Positions 19,101 to 29,038 of a stretch of 64,000 nt of DNA are shown here, piece after piece. The notes beneath the pieces were generated by a model. That model was not told where the DNA came from. It did no database searches and saw nothing but the letters and a program-made list of their open reading frames with translations. How positions within the stretch are numbered: position 1 is the first letter of the stretch; every line of letters begins with the position of its first letter. The DNA comes from a virus (taxonomy: Duplodnaviria > Heunggongvirae > Uroviricota > Caudoviricetes). A program made the translations under genes and the position numbers. The stretch lies in IMG/VR virus record IMGVR_UViG_3300025913_000018; one strand, written 5' to 3'.

Positions 19101-22100
19101 TCACCGAGGGGAGGAGCGTCGAGCGCGTTGGGAAGGTGAACGGAAGGCCTGCGTTCACCGCAACGATGTCGTTACTGGTGTTGTCGAGGATCGTCGCAGT
19201 GAACGTGTTCGAGTCGATCACTGCGGAGGAGAACGCGTGGGTGGAGAGCTGGCACTCCATCAGAGATCCACCCGGGAAGGACGGGTGAGTGAACCCACGA
19301 GGGAGAGCCGTCCGGAAGTCGACACGATCTCCGAACGTCAGTCGATCTTCCCCGATCGAAGCCGTGTTCCCAGCGAAGGAGAGAACGGAGATCGTGAAGT
19401 CGTGGAACCCGTTCGTTGTCGTGACGCCGACCGGTCCGACCACCGGATCGAACGGAGTGAAGTTGAAGAAGACGTCGGGAGCGGTCGTCTTCACGACCAC
19501 CTGACTCGTCAGGAAGTAGAACCCACCCGCAACTACCGGAACGAAGGTGGCCCCGTCGTCTCCGGAAGCCTGGAAGGTGCTCCCGAGGATCCCCGAGCCC
19601 ACCCCGACCTTTCGGATGATCACGCCAGCTCCCGGGACGAATTGACCCGAGGTCTTGTCGATCAGACGGATCCTCAGCTCGCTGCCCTTCCCGTTCGATC
19701 CGAAGATGTCGTTCAGCCCACCGATCGGAGTGGGGAGGACTCCGCCGCCCAAGCCATCGTCGAAGACGATCGAGGAGGTCCCCACAGAGGTGACATCGAA
19801 GGTCGTCTCGGTCGGGATCAGCGTCGTGTCCTGCTTCACGACGATTCCCGCGGCGTACGCCGGGTACCCCACCCACGAGATCGCGTTGTCCGTGAGATAC
19901 GAGAAGGTAGAGAACCCCGCGTTCACCGGTGAGACGAAACGGGGAAGGTCGATCTGATTCGGAGCCCCCGACGTGAAGTTGGCGATCGAGTGGATGCCCG
20001 TGGCGCCGAGGGGGAAACCATCCGTGCCTGGTGTGGCCGGGTTCGGAGCCTGGATCATGAGGAGGTCGAACGGCTCGACGTTCCCCACCCCTCCGTGTCC
20101 CGGAGGAGGCGGGTAATCCCCGGAGGTCGTACCCCTCAAGAAGTCCTCGAAGGAGGCGAGGGTGGCCAGTTGGGCCGGCGCTCGGGAAACGGCCCCGTCT
20201 CCGGCCAACGTCTCGTCCGGGTAGACCGCCTGGGTCGCGTACGGAAAGACGAACGGGCTCGGCGGAGGGGGCGGAGGGTTCGGGCTGTCGATCAGAACGA
20301 GCGTCGAGAGACTCGACGAGGCCGCGCCGAGGAGTTCCAGCTCGGTGGTCGGAGATCCGTAGTAGGGCAACGAGTAGTCACCCGAGTCAAGAGTCTTCCC
20401 GCCGTCGAGCGCGGGGAAGCGAGTGGGAAGACGATTCCCATTCTGGAACCGAACGACCGCTTCCAACGTGGACAAGGGGCTCGGCGGGTTCTGGCCGGTG
20501 ATCTCCTTCAGGCCGAAGAGAGTCGGATCACTGAACGAGGGAAGCGTCGCGTCGGTCAGCTCACCGGTCCGCGAGGAGTAGTTGAGGTCGGTCCCAGTGC
20601 GATACGTCGGGGTGGTCGCGACGTACGTCTGAAGCTCGGCGATCGTGGGGGGGTCCGAAGGTGTCGCGACGACCGATCCTGTCCCCGTGACGACGAAGAC
20701 AGTATCTCCCTGCTCAGGGTCGAAGATCGAGCCCGAGGCGGGTCCGGTGAGTGAGAGAACGAGATTCGGGTCCGTCACCGGAACGTCGGCCCCTGAGAGG
20801 TCGACGCTCTTCAGCGTGATCACACACCCCTTCAGAATCGTGTCGACGAAGATCCCCGCGTAGCGGAACGCCGATCCGACCGGAAGAAGCGTTCCGCCGT
20901 AGCCGAGGCCGGCGGCGTTCCCCGCCGGGTAGCCGAGAGCCAACTGGGCTCCAGAGGCGAAGGGGGGCGTGTGGAGGTCGGGATCACCGGTGAGGAGATC
21001 GTTCAGACCCGTCGGCGTCGGAGTGACGCTCTGGGACGCGAGCTTCGAGGTGTCGGGAAGACCCGTATCCGAGAGAATCGGGAAGTCCACGAGCGAGAGA
21101 GGCGTCGCGATGATCGAGGGACGTCCCGTCGAAGCCGGGTCGACGTCGGGGAATCCAGTGGGGCTGTAGGCCCAGATTCTCGCCCGAGCGAGGCGCCCGC
21201 GCGCCTGGACACCCTGGACGTTCTGGATCGGCCCGAGGACCGGATTCTCCAGCTGACCGATCGTGGAGTTCGTCGTCGAGCGGATCGAGAAGGGGGCTCC
21301 GTAGAGGAAGCCGAGCGGATCGAAGCCGAACTTTCCGGCCGAGTAGACGCCCGGGGCGCCCGTAGCTTCGTCACCGTCGAGACCGGGGCCGAGGGTCGTG
21401 AAGCCCATCGTCTTCTCAGGGAAGAGACGGGAGAAGGGACTCGCTTCGCTCTGGCTCGCGTAGAGACCGAAGGCGGTGACGCGGAAGGTGATGAACCCGG
21501 AGAGCTTCCGTTCGACACCCGTACGGGTGAGGAGGGCGACGTCATCCACGTCGTTCTTCGCGAGGATCTCCTGGTAGTCCGTGAGCGCCGAGAAGGACGA
21601 CGGGTCCTGGTAGGTACCGACTGGGCGCCCGTTCGAGTCGAGGGACGTCGAGAGGGGGTCAGTGATGGGGTCGGTCGCGAGGAGACGGATCGTCGGAAGA
21701 CCTCGGCGGGCCGACATCCACGCGTCGAACCAGAGCACGCGCGGGTTCAACGCACCGGTGATCTCATCCTCGTAGCCCGGCGGGACCCATGGGTCGTTCT
21801 TCCCGATGTAGAAGCGAAGCTTCCCGTCTCGCTCTCCTACGAGCGCTCCGTTCAGCGTCTCTTCGATCTGTTCGAAGGAGGAGATCGTGGAGTTGTAGAA
21901 GCCGAGGAACGCTCGGGCGGCCCGATCGCGATCGAGAAGGTTCTGACGCTCGGTGACGAGGCCCGCGCGCCCGAAGTCCGAGTTGGACTTCGAGGTGTTC
22001 GAGGAGATCGTGGGACCGTTCGAGGGCTCGCTCGCCGTAGCCTGCTTCTGAAGGTCCGTCGCGACCTCTCCAACGAAGTCCAGGAACGGTTGGGCCTTCA

Positions 22101-25100
22101 CGTAGAAGGCGTCCGGGCTCTCGAACGTGTACGTGGCCTGGAGGACTCCGCCCTGACGCCCGTTCGCCTTCGAGGGCGGATCGGTGAAGTGGAACCCGCT
22201 CGACACTCTCGGGTACTGGACCTCGCCCTTGTAGAGGAAAGGTCCGATCGAGCGCGTGTCCGTACGTGAGAAGACGAGCTTCTGGTTGGAAGAAAGACCG
22301 GCCTGGCGCGGCGCCGTGAACGAGAGATTCCCATTGTTCGGGGAGACCGTGTAGTCGGGACCCTGAACGAGGGTTCGGCCCGGGAGCGCATTCCCGTTCT
22401 CGTCCTTCTCGCCGAAGAGCACCACCTCGGTCGGCTCGGTCGGAAGGAAAGGGGAAGTCCCCAAGAACGCCGTTGTGCCTTCGGGGTAGATCGGACGAAC
22501 TGAGATCTTCACCGAGTCGTTCGCGATCGTCGAGGACCAAGAGAGGTTCTCCTGGATCGGAGAAGCGACCGTCACTGTCGTGACGCGGCCGTCCGAAGAG
22601 AACTCCCCCTTCACGATCGCGAACGGATTCCCGAACAGTTCGAGCAGGTGTCCAGCGACCGCGTAGCGGGTGAGGTCCCCGTCGAACTTGATCTCAACCT
22701 GACCCTTCGTAACGGGCTCGAAGTGAGGGGTAGCGGAGAGACCGAAGGCGTCGGCCATCGTCGGAAGGAAGCCCGAGTTCGTCACGATCGGACGATCGGT
22801 GAGGAGGCTGAGCGCGTTCGCTCCGGGGTTGAGGGAACCGGCCCCGTTCGGAGGAGCCGGGAAGACCGTCACCGTTGTGATGTCGGTCGTCGAATCGTAG
22901 AACGAGGAGACGACGTAGGTCGTGAAGGCTCCGACTCGAAGCGCCTTCCCGGCAACCACTTCTGAAGTGCGGTCCGTATCGAGAAGGAAGATCGCCTGAC
23001 CCTTGTCGAGGCGGAACGGAGGACGCCAGACCGGCGGGTTCGAGACCGTGTAGGAGGTCTCACCGCCGAACGCTTCGTACACGGCATACGAGATCGTGAC
23101 CTTCGTCGCCGAGTCCACCTCGTCATTGAAGGAGATCGTGTTGCGTTCGAAGTCGACCGTACACCCCTGAGGGACCCCGTAGGTCTGCTGAGTCGCCCCC
23201 GTGTACACGGAGGGAGGGACGAGCGGATCCGTCGTTCGACCCGTGGGGTTGAACGAGTAGAGCTGGCTGGAGATCCTTGTCGCTACTTCAGCGCGGATGA
23301 AGAGCGGAAGGAACTGCTTGATCTGGACCGGGTTCCCGTTCGTGTCGCGGAAGAGGTCGCCCGTGTTCGGGACCGCTCGGAAGTAGGTGACCTCCACGAG
23401 CTGTCGCTCTCGAATCGGATTCGCGAGGAAGGTGAACGAGCCGAGGACGGGGTTGACGGTCGCGTCAGTCGTGCCCTCGACCGACAACTGTTCGACGAAG
23501 TAGACGGGCTTCCCGAGGTTCGCGTTGAGGTCGACCGCGGACAATCCGATCGTCCCGCTGTCCGGATCGATCTCCGCTTCTCCTGTCGCGAGGTCTGCGC
23601 TCGAAAGGAGCGTCTGGACGTAGGAGACCGTGGAAGCCGCGTACGAGTCGAGCAACCCGCTGTTGAACTTCAGCTCGCCGGTCGTCGTGAGGTACTCGAT
23701 CGAGACCGGATCCGAAGAGAACGTCGCGACGGGAAGGAGGTCGACGCCGTTCGCGAACTCGGTCGTACCGATTCGAAGGTTGAAAGCTCCTGACGTGAAG
23801 CGTACCCCCGTCGTCGGGACGAAGAGCTTTCCGTTTGCGATCGCCCCAATCTCCGACCGAGTGAGGACGGTGAGGGCGAGATCGACGCCAGTCTGTGTGA
23901 TCCGGGCGAAGATCGGACGGCCTCGGACGATGTCCTTCGCCGCGTCGGCATTCGCGAGAGCCCCGCCCGCGACTCCGAGCGGAGTCAGGACGCGGATCGA
24001 GAAGGGCTCCTCCGCGAGGTGGTTGAAGGTCTGGTAGACGACGTCAGCGACGATCGATGGGTCGATCTCCGACGTCGGGGCACCTCGGTAGATCTCGTAC
24101 GAGACGTTGACCCCGCCGTCCCCTTCGATGAAGTGGGGGGAGATCTTCACGGCGGAAACGAACACGTCCTCGATCTCGTACGAGCCCTGTGCGTTGCCGG
24201 AAATGACCTCCAGGCGATCTCCGACCGCGACTCCTGCCGCTACGAAATCGAGATTCGTGTCCGTGAGGACCCCTCCGCCGGACACGAAGCGACCGCGCGA
24301 TCCGGAAGCGAAGAGTTCCCCTACACGAGTGATCAGGACGGCTTCGCCGGTGGCCCCGTCCTTCGTGAGAAGGAAGTCCGACCCCGGCTCCAGGTAGGAG
24401 AACGAACCCCCGTCCTCCGAGACCCGAAGGAACCCATCCAGAGGAGCGATGAGACTCTCCGGAAGAACTCCGGCCGAGCCGAGGTTGATGCTGGCGATCG
24501 GAGCGTCAACCTTCGCCGTCCCGCCGTTCGCCGAGATCCAGGCGAACTTCTTGTCCTCGAAGAGGTACTGGACGTCTTCCCACGGCTGTAGCGGAGACCC
24601 GATCACCGGAGCGACGCCGGGAGCCCCGGCTGCGGTGAGCGAGAAGAAGACCCCCTCGTCGTACCCCGCGATGTCTTCGCGCGGGGCGTAGTCCAGGAAC
24701 TGGAACACGACGGGGTTGATGTTGTCGGTGAGCGTCTGGTCGCTGAGCCGGTACTTGTCGGAGTAGTCCGGGACCGGCTGGGAACCGTCGAGATCTCTCG
24801 GCGATCGGTAGAAGCCGAACTCGCCCCCGTAGTCCGGAAGCCAGTTCGCGTCGGATGCGCTGAAGTCGCCCGGAGGCGAGACCACCCATCCCGGAACGAA
24901 GCCGAGGGCTTCGGCTCCGCTGAGGTCGAGCGCCCCGGCGGAGCCGAAGCCGATACTGACGAAGCCTGCTTCGAGGTCATTGTGGGCGATCGTGATCCGA
25001 CCCGAAAACTCGTACGCACGCCCCGGGGCGGAAGCTGACTGGATCGCCGTGTTGACGCTCGCCGCCACGGTCGCTGCGGGGAACGTACCGGCTCCGAGGG

Positions 25101-27072
25101 CGCTCGCCGCCCATGTCACCGACGTCGCCCCGATTCGGAAGCGAAGCGATTCGGCCCCCTTCAACGTGAAGGAGTCCTGGAGACGCGAGAAGAGTCGAGC
25201 CTTCTCGCCGTAGCTCGAAGGAACGAACTCTCCTTGGCGGAAGTAGATCGGCTTCCCCGTGAGCTGCTTCCTCGGAACGCTTCCGAAGAAGACCAAGGAA
25301 CCCGCGCCGGGCCGCTTTTGGAGCGAGACGTAGGCGACGTCGCCCGGAACGCGGAACGCGTCGGTGGGCAGTTCATCTTCGAAGGAGACAGCGATCGTCG
25401 TCGTGACCGAGCGCCCCTCCGAGAAGAGGATCACGTCTCCGATTCCGGAAGAGAGCGCTCGAACGAGACCCGTGGTGCTAGGTCGAGGCGTCACCGTTCC
25501 GGGGACGGGTGCGTTTCCGACCTTGTCCGGAACGCTCAGGATGCCGGAGACCCCGAGACCGGGAAGGGTTTCCGCGTCTGGGACGAAGACCTCGTGGGCA
25601 GGATCGTAGCTCGTCACCGGAGTCCCGGACGAATCCACGAGCAGGACCGGAGCCTTCAGTGGCTGAGCGTAGAGGTTCAGCGAGACGCCGTCGTAACGAA
25701 CGACCGCGCCGAGGTAGAGCTTGTCGAAGCTCGGGTTGGGGACCGAACGCGTTCCAGGATCGGCCTTCTCGACGTCGGCGGTCGACAAGACCAACCGCCC
25801 CGTGGAGAGCGCGAAGCCGACCTCACCTTCGAGGATCGAGGCCGCGAGAAGGTCCGCCTCCGTGTCGAACGGACGAGCTACGAGGGGAGCCCGATTCCCG
25901 AGTCGAACGATCGGACGCTCACCCGGGCCCGGAACCGGAGCGAGGAAGAGGGCCCGCGTCTTCGCTTCGAGGAGACCACCCACCACGCCATTCGACTTCT
26001 CGGCGTAGACGCGGGGGACGTACCAGACCGTTTCCCCTTCGTACTTCTGGATGAAGTCCGGATTCCAAGCGATCTTCCCCGACGAGACCCCCACGACACC
26101 GGCCAGCGGCGGAGTTGCGAGAGCGAAGTTGTAGGCAGCCGACGCGAGGTCGTCCGGAACGACGCGAACCCCCGAGAAGTCCCCCGCCACTCGATCGACC
26201 ACCGGGTAGGAGTTGGCGTCTGGTTCCGGACCGAGACGGATCTGAGCGTAGGCGTCCCCCAACGAGGAGCCTGGTAGACTCATCCCTACGGCCGTCGTCG
26301 GTCTCGGGTCCAGGACGTAGGAGCCACCGCCGCTCGACAAGGCTCCGAGGCTCGTAGGAGCGCCTCCGCGGTAGGGCTCCCACTTCTGGGTAGCTCCGTT
26401 CCAACCGAAGCGACGCGAGTAGGCGTCGTTCCGCGTCCACCAGAACCGAGTCGCCGAGACCCAATAGGAGACCGCTACGATCGAATCCCCACGCGTTCTG
26501 GAGAGCGCAGGAAGCGCCGGGTTCACCGGACGCGTTGCCGCGAGCGTGTTGGCCGTCGGGAGGAGGGAGATCGACCCCGAGCCCGGACGGAACGAGAAGT
26601 CCCCTCCGGTGAGAGTCAGGACGTAGACGGTGGGGGAGTCGCCGCGACGGACCGAGAGCGAGACAACCCCCGCGAGGTCGCGCCCGCCGTCGTCGGTGAG
26701 GACGATGCGTCCGGATCCGTCCGCGTCCTGACCCGTGGGAGACGCTGGGTCGAGGACGAGAAGAGAGCCCGAAGGAATCGTCCCCGTCCCCGCGTCGATC
26801 GCCCACTGAGGGCCTTCGAGGGTCGTGATCGTACCAGTGTTCGCCGCCCAGACCAGGAACTCTTGCTCGCTTCCGAGCGCCGAGTCCAGGACGGCGACAC
26901 GGTACTGATCGGCGCGCGCTTCTACAAGAGAGGGTCCGCCAGTCGGATAGAGGGAAGGGTCGAGCGCGGTGACGTCGCGCGCAACCCCCGAGTCCGCCGG
27001 AGCGCTCGTAACAGCGTTGGAGGGCGAGGTCTTCGCCCCACGCAACACGAAACCCTCAAAGAAATCCGACAC
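16165..27072 (-). CDS. Giant putative virion protein (3635 aa; baseplate/tail-associated)
   Basis: Uninterrupted 10.9-kb ORF, Gly/Ser/Thr/Pro/Val/Phe-rich and Cys-poor, as typical of beta-rich virion proteins. No enzyme motif recognised. Confidence 0.75.
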   Translation of the reverse strand: MSDFFEGFVLRGAKTSPSNAVTSAPADSGVARDVTALDPSLYPTGGPSLVEARADQYRVAVLDSALGSEQEFLVWAANTGTITTLEGPQWAIDAGTGTIPSGSLLVLDPASPTGQDADGSGRIVLTDDGGRDLAGVVSLSVRRGDSPTVYVLTLTGGDFSFRPGSGSISLLPTANTLAATRPVNPALPALSRTRGDSIVAVSYWVSATRFWWTRNDAYSRRFGWNGATQKWEPYRGGAPTSLGALSSGGGSYVLDPRPTTAVGMSLPGSSLGDAYAQIRLGPEPDANSYPVVDRVAGDFSGVRVVPDDLASAAYNFALATPPLAGVVGVSSGKIAWNPDFIQKYEGETVWYVPRVYAEKSNGVVGGLLEAKTRALFLAPVPGPGERPIVRLGNRAPLVARPFDTEADLLAASILEGEVGFALSTGRLVLSTADVEKADPGTRSVPNPSFDKLYLGAVVRYDGVSLNLYAQPLKAPVLLVDSSGTPVTSYDPAHEVFVPDAETLPGLGVSGILSVPDKVGNAPVPGTVTPRPSTTGLVRALSSGIGDVILFSEGRSVTTTIAVSFEDELPTDAFRVPGDVAYVSLQKRPGAGSLVFFGSVPRKQLTGKPIYFRQGEFVPSSYGEKARLFSRLQDSFTLKGAESLRFRIGATSVTWAASALGAGTFPAATVAASVNTAIQSASAPGRAYEFSGRITIAHNDLEAGFVSIGFGSAGALDLSGAEALGFVPGWVVSPPGDFSASDANWLPDYGGEFGFYRSPRDLDGSQPVPDYSDKYRLSDQTLTDNINPVVFQFLDYAPREDIAGYDEGVFFSLTAAGAPGVAPVIGSPLQPWEDVQYLFEDKKFAWISANGGTAKVDAPIASINLGSAGVLPESLIAPLDGFLRVSEDGGSFSYLEPGSDFLLTKDGATGEAVLITRVGELFASGSRGRFVSGGGVLTDTNLDFVAAGVAVGDRLEVISGNAQGSYEIEDVFVSAVKISPHFIEGDGGVNVSYEIYRGAPTSEIDPSIVADVVYQTFNHLAEEPFSIRVLTPLGVAGGALANADAAKDIVRGRPIFARITQTGVDLALTVLTRSEIGAIANGKLFVPTTGVRFTSGAFNLRIGTTEFANGVDLLPVATFSSDPVSIEYLTTTGELKFNSGLLDSYAASTVSYVQTLLSSADLATGEAEIDPDSGTIGLSAVDLNANLGKPVYFVEQLSVEGTTDATVNPVLGSFTFLANPIRERQLVEVTYFRAVPNTGDLFRDTNGNPVQIKQFLPLFIRAEVATRISSQLYSFNPTGRTTDPLVPPSVYTGATQQTYGVPQGCTVDFERNTISFNDEVDSATKVTISYAVYEAFGGETSYTVSNPPVWRPPFRLDKGQAIFLLDTDRTSEVVAGKALRVGAFTTYVVSSFYDSTTDITTVTVFPAPPNGAGSLNPGANALSLLTDRPIVTNSGFLPTMADAFGLSATPHFEPVTKGQVEIKFDGDLTRYAVAGHLLELFGNPFAIVKGEFSSDGRVTTVTVASPIQENLSWSSTIANDSVKISVRPIYPEGTTAFLGTSPFLPTEPTEVVLFGEKDENGNALPGRTLVQGPDYTVSPNNGNLSFTAPRQAGLSSNQKLVFSRTDTRSIGPFLYKGEVQYPRVSSGFHFTDPPSKANGRQGGVLQATYTFESPDAFYVKAQPFLDFVGEVATDLQKQATASEPSNGPTISSNTSKSNSDFGRAGLVTERQNLLDRDRAARAFLGFYNSTISSFEQIEETLNGALVGERDGKLRFYIGKNDPWVPPGYEDEITGALNPRVLWFDAWMSARRGLPTIRLLATDPITDPLSTSLDSNGRPVGTYQDPSSFSALTDYQEILAKNDVDDVALLTRTGVERKLSGFITFRVTAFGLYASQSEASPFSRLFPEKTMGFTTLGPGLDGDEATGAPGVYSAGKFGFDPLGFLYGAPFSIRSTTNSTIGQLENPVLGPIQNVQGVQARGRLARARIWAYSPTGFPDVDPASTGRPSIIATPLSLVDFPILSDTGLPDTSKLASQSVTPTPTGLNDLLTGDPDLHTPPFASGAQLALGYPAGNAAGLGYGGTLLPVGSAFRYAGIFVDTILKGCVITLKSVDLSGADVPVTDPNLVLSLTGPASGSIFDPEQGDTVFVVTGTGSVVATPSDPPTIAELQTYVATTPTYRTGTDLNYSSRTGELTDATLPSFSDPTLFGLKEITGQNPPSPLSTLEAVVRFQNGNRLPTRFPALDGGKTLDSGDYSLPYYGSPTTELELLGAASSSLSTLVLIDSPNPPPPPPSPFVFPYATQAVYPDETLAGDGAVSRAPAQLATLASFEDFLRGTTSGDYPPPPGHGGVGNVEPFDLLMIQAPNPATPGTDGFPLGATGIHSIANFTSGAPNQIDLPRFVSPVNAGFSTFSYLTDNAISWVGYPAYAAGIVVKQDTTLIPTETTFDVTSVGTSSIVFDDGLGGGVLPTPIGGLNDIFGSNGKGSELRIRLIDKTSGQFVPGAGVIIRKVGVGSGILGSTFQASGDDGATFVPVVAGGFYFLTSQVVVKTTAPDVFFNFTPFDPVVGPVGVTTTNGFHDFTISVLSFAGNTASIGEDRLTFGDRVDFRTALPRGFTHPSFPGGSLMECQLSTHAFSSAVIDSNTFTATILDNTSNDIVAVNAGLPFTFPTRSTLLPSVNGVGTFSANSGTLRVLGFEGRGNVPIDATGVLFTAIPSSRQDEAGPIYDGAVIAGEIRGPGAPFSFLNENAFLPFATHAGGLDRIQPGDVAFIRGQFNPTLGLSIPVGSGKTGTYLVRGAIAATVSTPPGHRLDLSGAAGSPGGWLDFQFPTVVGLDLSPNLTVTSLLPLVPLQDLNNTPVSATSAFPATGRVYLIVDESVVGTAGAAVSASYTSLDLPGNRFLGLSNFQDGVGGAISFSAFQAAATNGTPVSGMTILPVKPVGAGVPLNYPGVTLWPSPPAGSEFYFGFRTVTGSRAPFGSVSYDASAGTLSGVVGPGAGTLAVYSKVKVVSTSFLPSLDIPVYDNIPGALDVTRFNWAAIHGAGPACLFPGDLFDLRYHAQNGIYVEPSFPLSGNDLGAPRVNVVDAAHSLTFSEIGTRDATSYLPSGGPVGGSYLEVAQVEVRRIRRFHVQLDMVVGAIERLRFTYEIRRGIVDSFVSTGTAGLLTARPVDSSVPPLPLAGGTATQLGDFTLPDQNIRSGDQVRFLGVSGEVIAEAEILVVETDGKTLTLSKNSLPSVAPGTRFEIYLRSAPIPQEQSAEELLALATDRVLLDRRADLVAQTGGKVNYVSDPDLQVAYDQSINLLRDTDPTIDFASLGIQKGDILVIDPAGVLRGPTGFPPTSETGARPFGDQGVLPRGAPFYDPGSPLRTDDNRGYYEIETVSPSTLGVSTYGGTLAGNRTGGDVVFDDQYAIYPTVHGSNLSGTADGLEGQMDLRPTAFADSTNSFKSNFLSIAPFAYRVIRPTSFLTAETVELILANRERILSWIEELLLLFETRKGGSYFVFQRDQHISDVGDPDDPFAGLGVLSGALIDDIEGRTELSPFTNDKDCLSILDRRFWGLDFRLDYLRPPYHSLAVPYADFANGVGRPVLPDRIEEALQQRDKLRDSRWAWLTLRADRVTGTLEAIRRFDAELPRRRAEQARLLAMVKGTAKV

Positions 27073-27130
27073 TGAGTATGTTACCGTTCGCGGAGGTTTA
27101 CCCCCGAGAGACCAAGAGGGAGATCACCGA

Positions 27131-27862
27131 TCAGCCGTACTTGCTCTCATCACCATTCTCATCGTCGGCTTTCTCATCCGCGTCTTCTCCCGAGAATAGT
27201 GGATCGGGGTTCTTGTCGAACTCTTGGAGTAGCCTCTCGATCCTCGCTTCATCATGAGCGGAGATCTTCCCCGCCAGGGTAGCTCGAAGCTCTTCTCGAA
27301 CGGGGGTGATTTGATCCTCTGCGTGACCGAGGATACGTGCCAACACCACATACCTCCTCCCCACAAGATCCAAGTCAGAGTCAATCGTGTCTTGGAGAAG
27401 TCGCTCCCGGAACTTCTCCCGGTCCGTTTTGAGATTCTTCCACTCCTGCCGTTCCTTCTCGTAAGACTCCACAGAGAAGTCCCGGCTCTTTCGTTCTTGC
27501 TTCTCCCAGACCTCGAAGGCCTTCTGTAGAAGCGGGTCCTTCTTTAGGTCGCGACCCTTTCGTCCTTGGGTTGCCCCTTCCTTCATCCCCAGCTGGGGAG
27601 AATCACCTCGTTCGAACGAGGCGTCGTTCCCCTGTTCCAACTCGAACGCAGCGTCGAGAAACATGAGAGCCATGTCTCTCAAATCTTCAGAACGAAGAGA
27701 GTGGTCATGTCTCCCGATGTGCACCTTCGTGCGAACGTCTCCATCCACATCTACTTCGATCTGAGCCTGACGGTTGTCCTCCAAAGTGCGACGAACCATG
27801 ATCCGAACGTAGATGCCGTGGTAGCTGAGAAACCGAGAAGCGAGTCGGAGTTCGTCTCTCAT
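27131..27862 (-). CDS. Hypothetical protein, tandem paralogue A
   Basis: RDMALMFLDAA block shared with the neighbour; ATGA coupling. Confidence 0.7.
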   Translation of the reverse strand: MRDELRLASRFLSYHGIYVRIMVRRTLEDNRQAQIEVDVDGDVRTKVHIGRHDHSLRSEDLRDMALMFLDAAFELEQGNDASFERGDSPQLGMKEGATQGRKGRDLKKDPLLQKAFEVWEKQERKSRDFSVESYEKERQEWKNLKTDREKFRERLLQDTIDSDLDLVGRRYVVLARILGHAEDQITPVREELRATLAGKISAHDEARIERLLQEFDKNPDPLFSGEDADEKADDENGDESKYG

Positions 27863-28569
27863 CGGGCCAACTCCTTCCCGCATACGTCGTGGTAGGCCTT
27901 GATCGCCTTCTTCAGGTGGGCGGAGGCGAGATCGAAGATCCTCTTCGCGGCGAGGTAGCGGAACCCCGCCTGAAGGATCTCCCTCTTCCGTCGACCCTCT
28001 TCCTCCGCTTTCGCGTACTCGGCGGAGAGTGCGGCTTGCTCTTGGGCGGTACGTTTCCTCCCCTTCTTCCCCTTGAAAGTTCCGGCGTCAGACTCGGAGT
28101 CTCTCTCTTCGACAATGTCGAAGAAGGCCTTCAAGTTCTTCTCTGGGTCCAGCGGCATTCCATCGTACCGACCCGGGAAGTAGCGCTCGATGGAAGAAGG
28201 CATCTTCCCCGGATTTCGACCGTTACGGATCCCCATGTAGTCAGCGATAGAGGGAGTCCCGCGATGAGACTCGAACCCAGAGAGAGGCGGATGTCCTTCC
28301 TCTCGGTAGATGTTGCAGTCGTTCTCCAGGAGATCCGCTGCGTCGAGGAACATGAGCGCGAGGTCGCGGATCTGATGGGAGGTCATCCCGTCCGAATCGT
28401 TCCCTCGAATCTCCAGAGTCGTGTTGAACGCTCCGAAGGCTCCGTTCTCTACGACCAGTTCGGCTCGGTCGACCTTCTCCACATCGCGATGGATGCTGAG
28501 CGTGACGCCGCTGTTGCCGGTGTGGATGTACCGCGAAGAGAGGCGAAGCCTCTCTGATTCTCTAGGCAT
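27859..28569 (-). CDS. Hypothetical protein, tandem paralogue B
   Basis: RDLALMFLDAA block. Confidence 0.7.
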   Translation of the reverse strand: MPRESERLRLSSRYIHTGNSGVTLSIHRDVEKVDRAELVVENGAFGAFNTTLEIRGNDSDGMTSHQIRDLALMFLDAADLLENDCNIYREEGHPPLSGFESHRGTPSIADYMGIRNGRNPGKMPSSIERYFPGRYDGMPLDPEKNLKAFFDIVEERDSESDAGTFKGKKGRKRTAQEQAALSAEYAKAEEEGRRKREILQAGFRYLAAKRIFDLASAHLKKAIKAYHDVCGKELAR

Positions 28570-28625
28570 TGTAGACTCCCGAGTAGGGTGTCCGGCGGGA
28601 CGCCGGGTTAACCACTGTCGGGACT

Positions 28626-29009
28626 CTACCGTGGTTCAGAGCTGAGGGGGCCGCGAAGGCGCTCGAAGGATCCAGGTACGTAGCGGATCGGAGTACCTTC
28701 TGGATAGACACCGTGAGGCGCGTAGTACTGAGAGACGGTCGGGTCTACGATCTCTCCGGTCTCTTGAACGACGCACCAGGCGTGTCCCCAGGACTTCCCT
28801 TCGATCTCGACGGAGCCCTCGACCCTAACCAGCTCTGGGAAGACCTCGACCATGAGCCGGGTGTGCTGATAGCAACGGGCCGCGACCGAGTAGAACCCGC
28901 TCGGAAGTAGCAGACTGTGGGTGCGATGGTACTTCTCGACCCACTGCTTGTAGCGCGCGTCCATGTCTCGGTAGATCCTCTCGAACCACTCTTCGTAGCG
29001 TTCGTTCAA
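28626..29009 (-). CDS. Transglutaminase/papain-like fold protein
   Basis: Putative Cys-His-Asp triad: ARCY, GHAW, IVDPT. GCGTAAC 9 nt before TTG. Confidence 0.55.
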   Translation of the reverse strand: MNERYEEWFERIYRDMDARYKQWVEKYHRTHSLLLPSGFYSVAARCYQHTRLMVEVFPELVRVEGSVEIEGKSWGHAWCVVQETGEIVDPTVSQYYAPHGVYPEGTPIRYVPGSFERLRGPLSSEPR

Positions 29010-29038
29010 GCCGAGAGCGTTACGCCTAGATACTGTCG

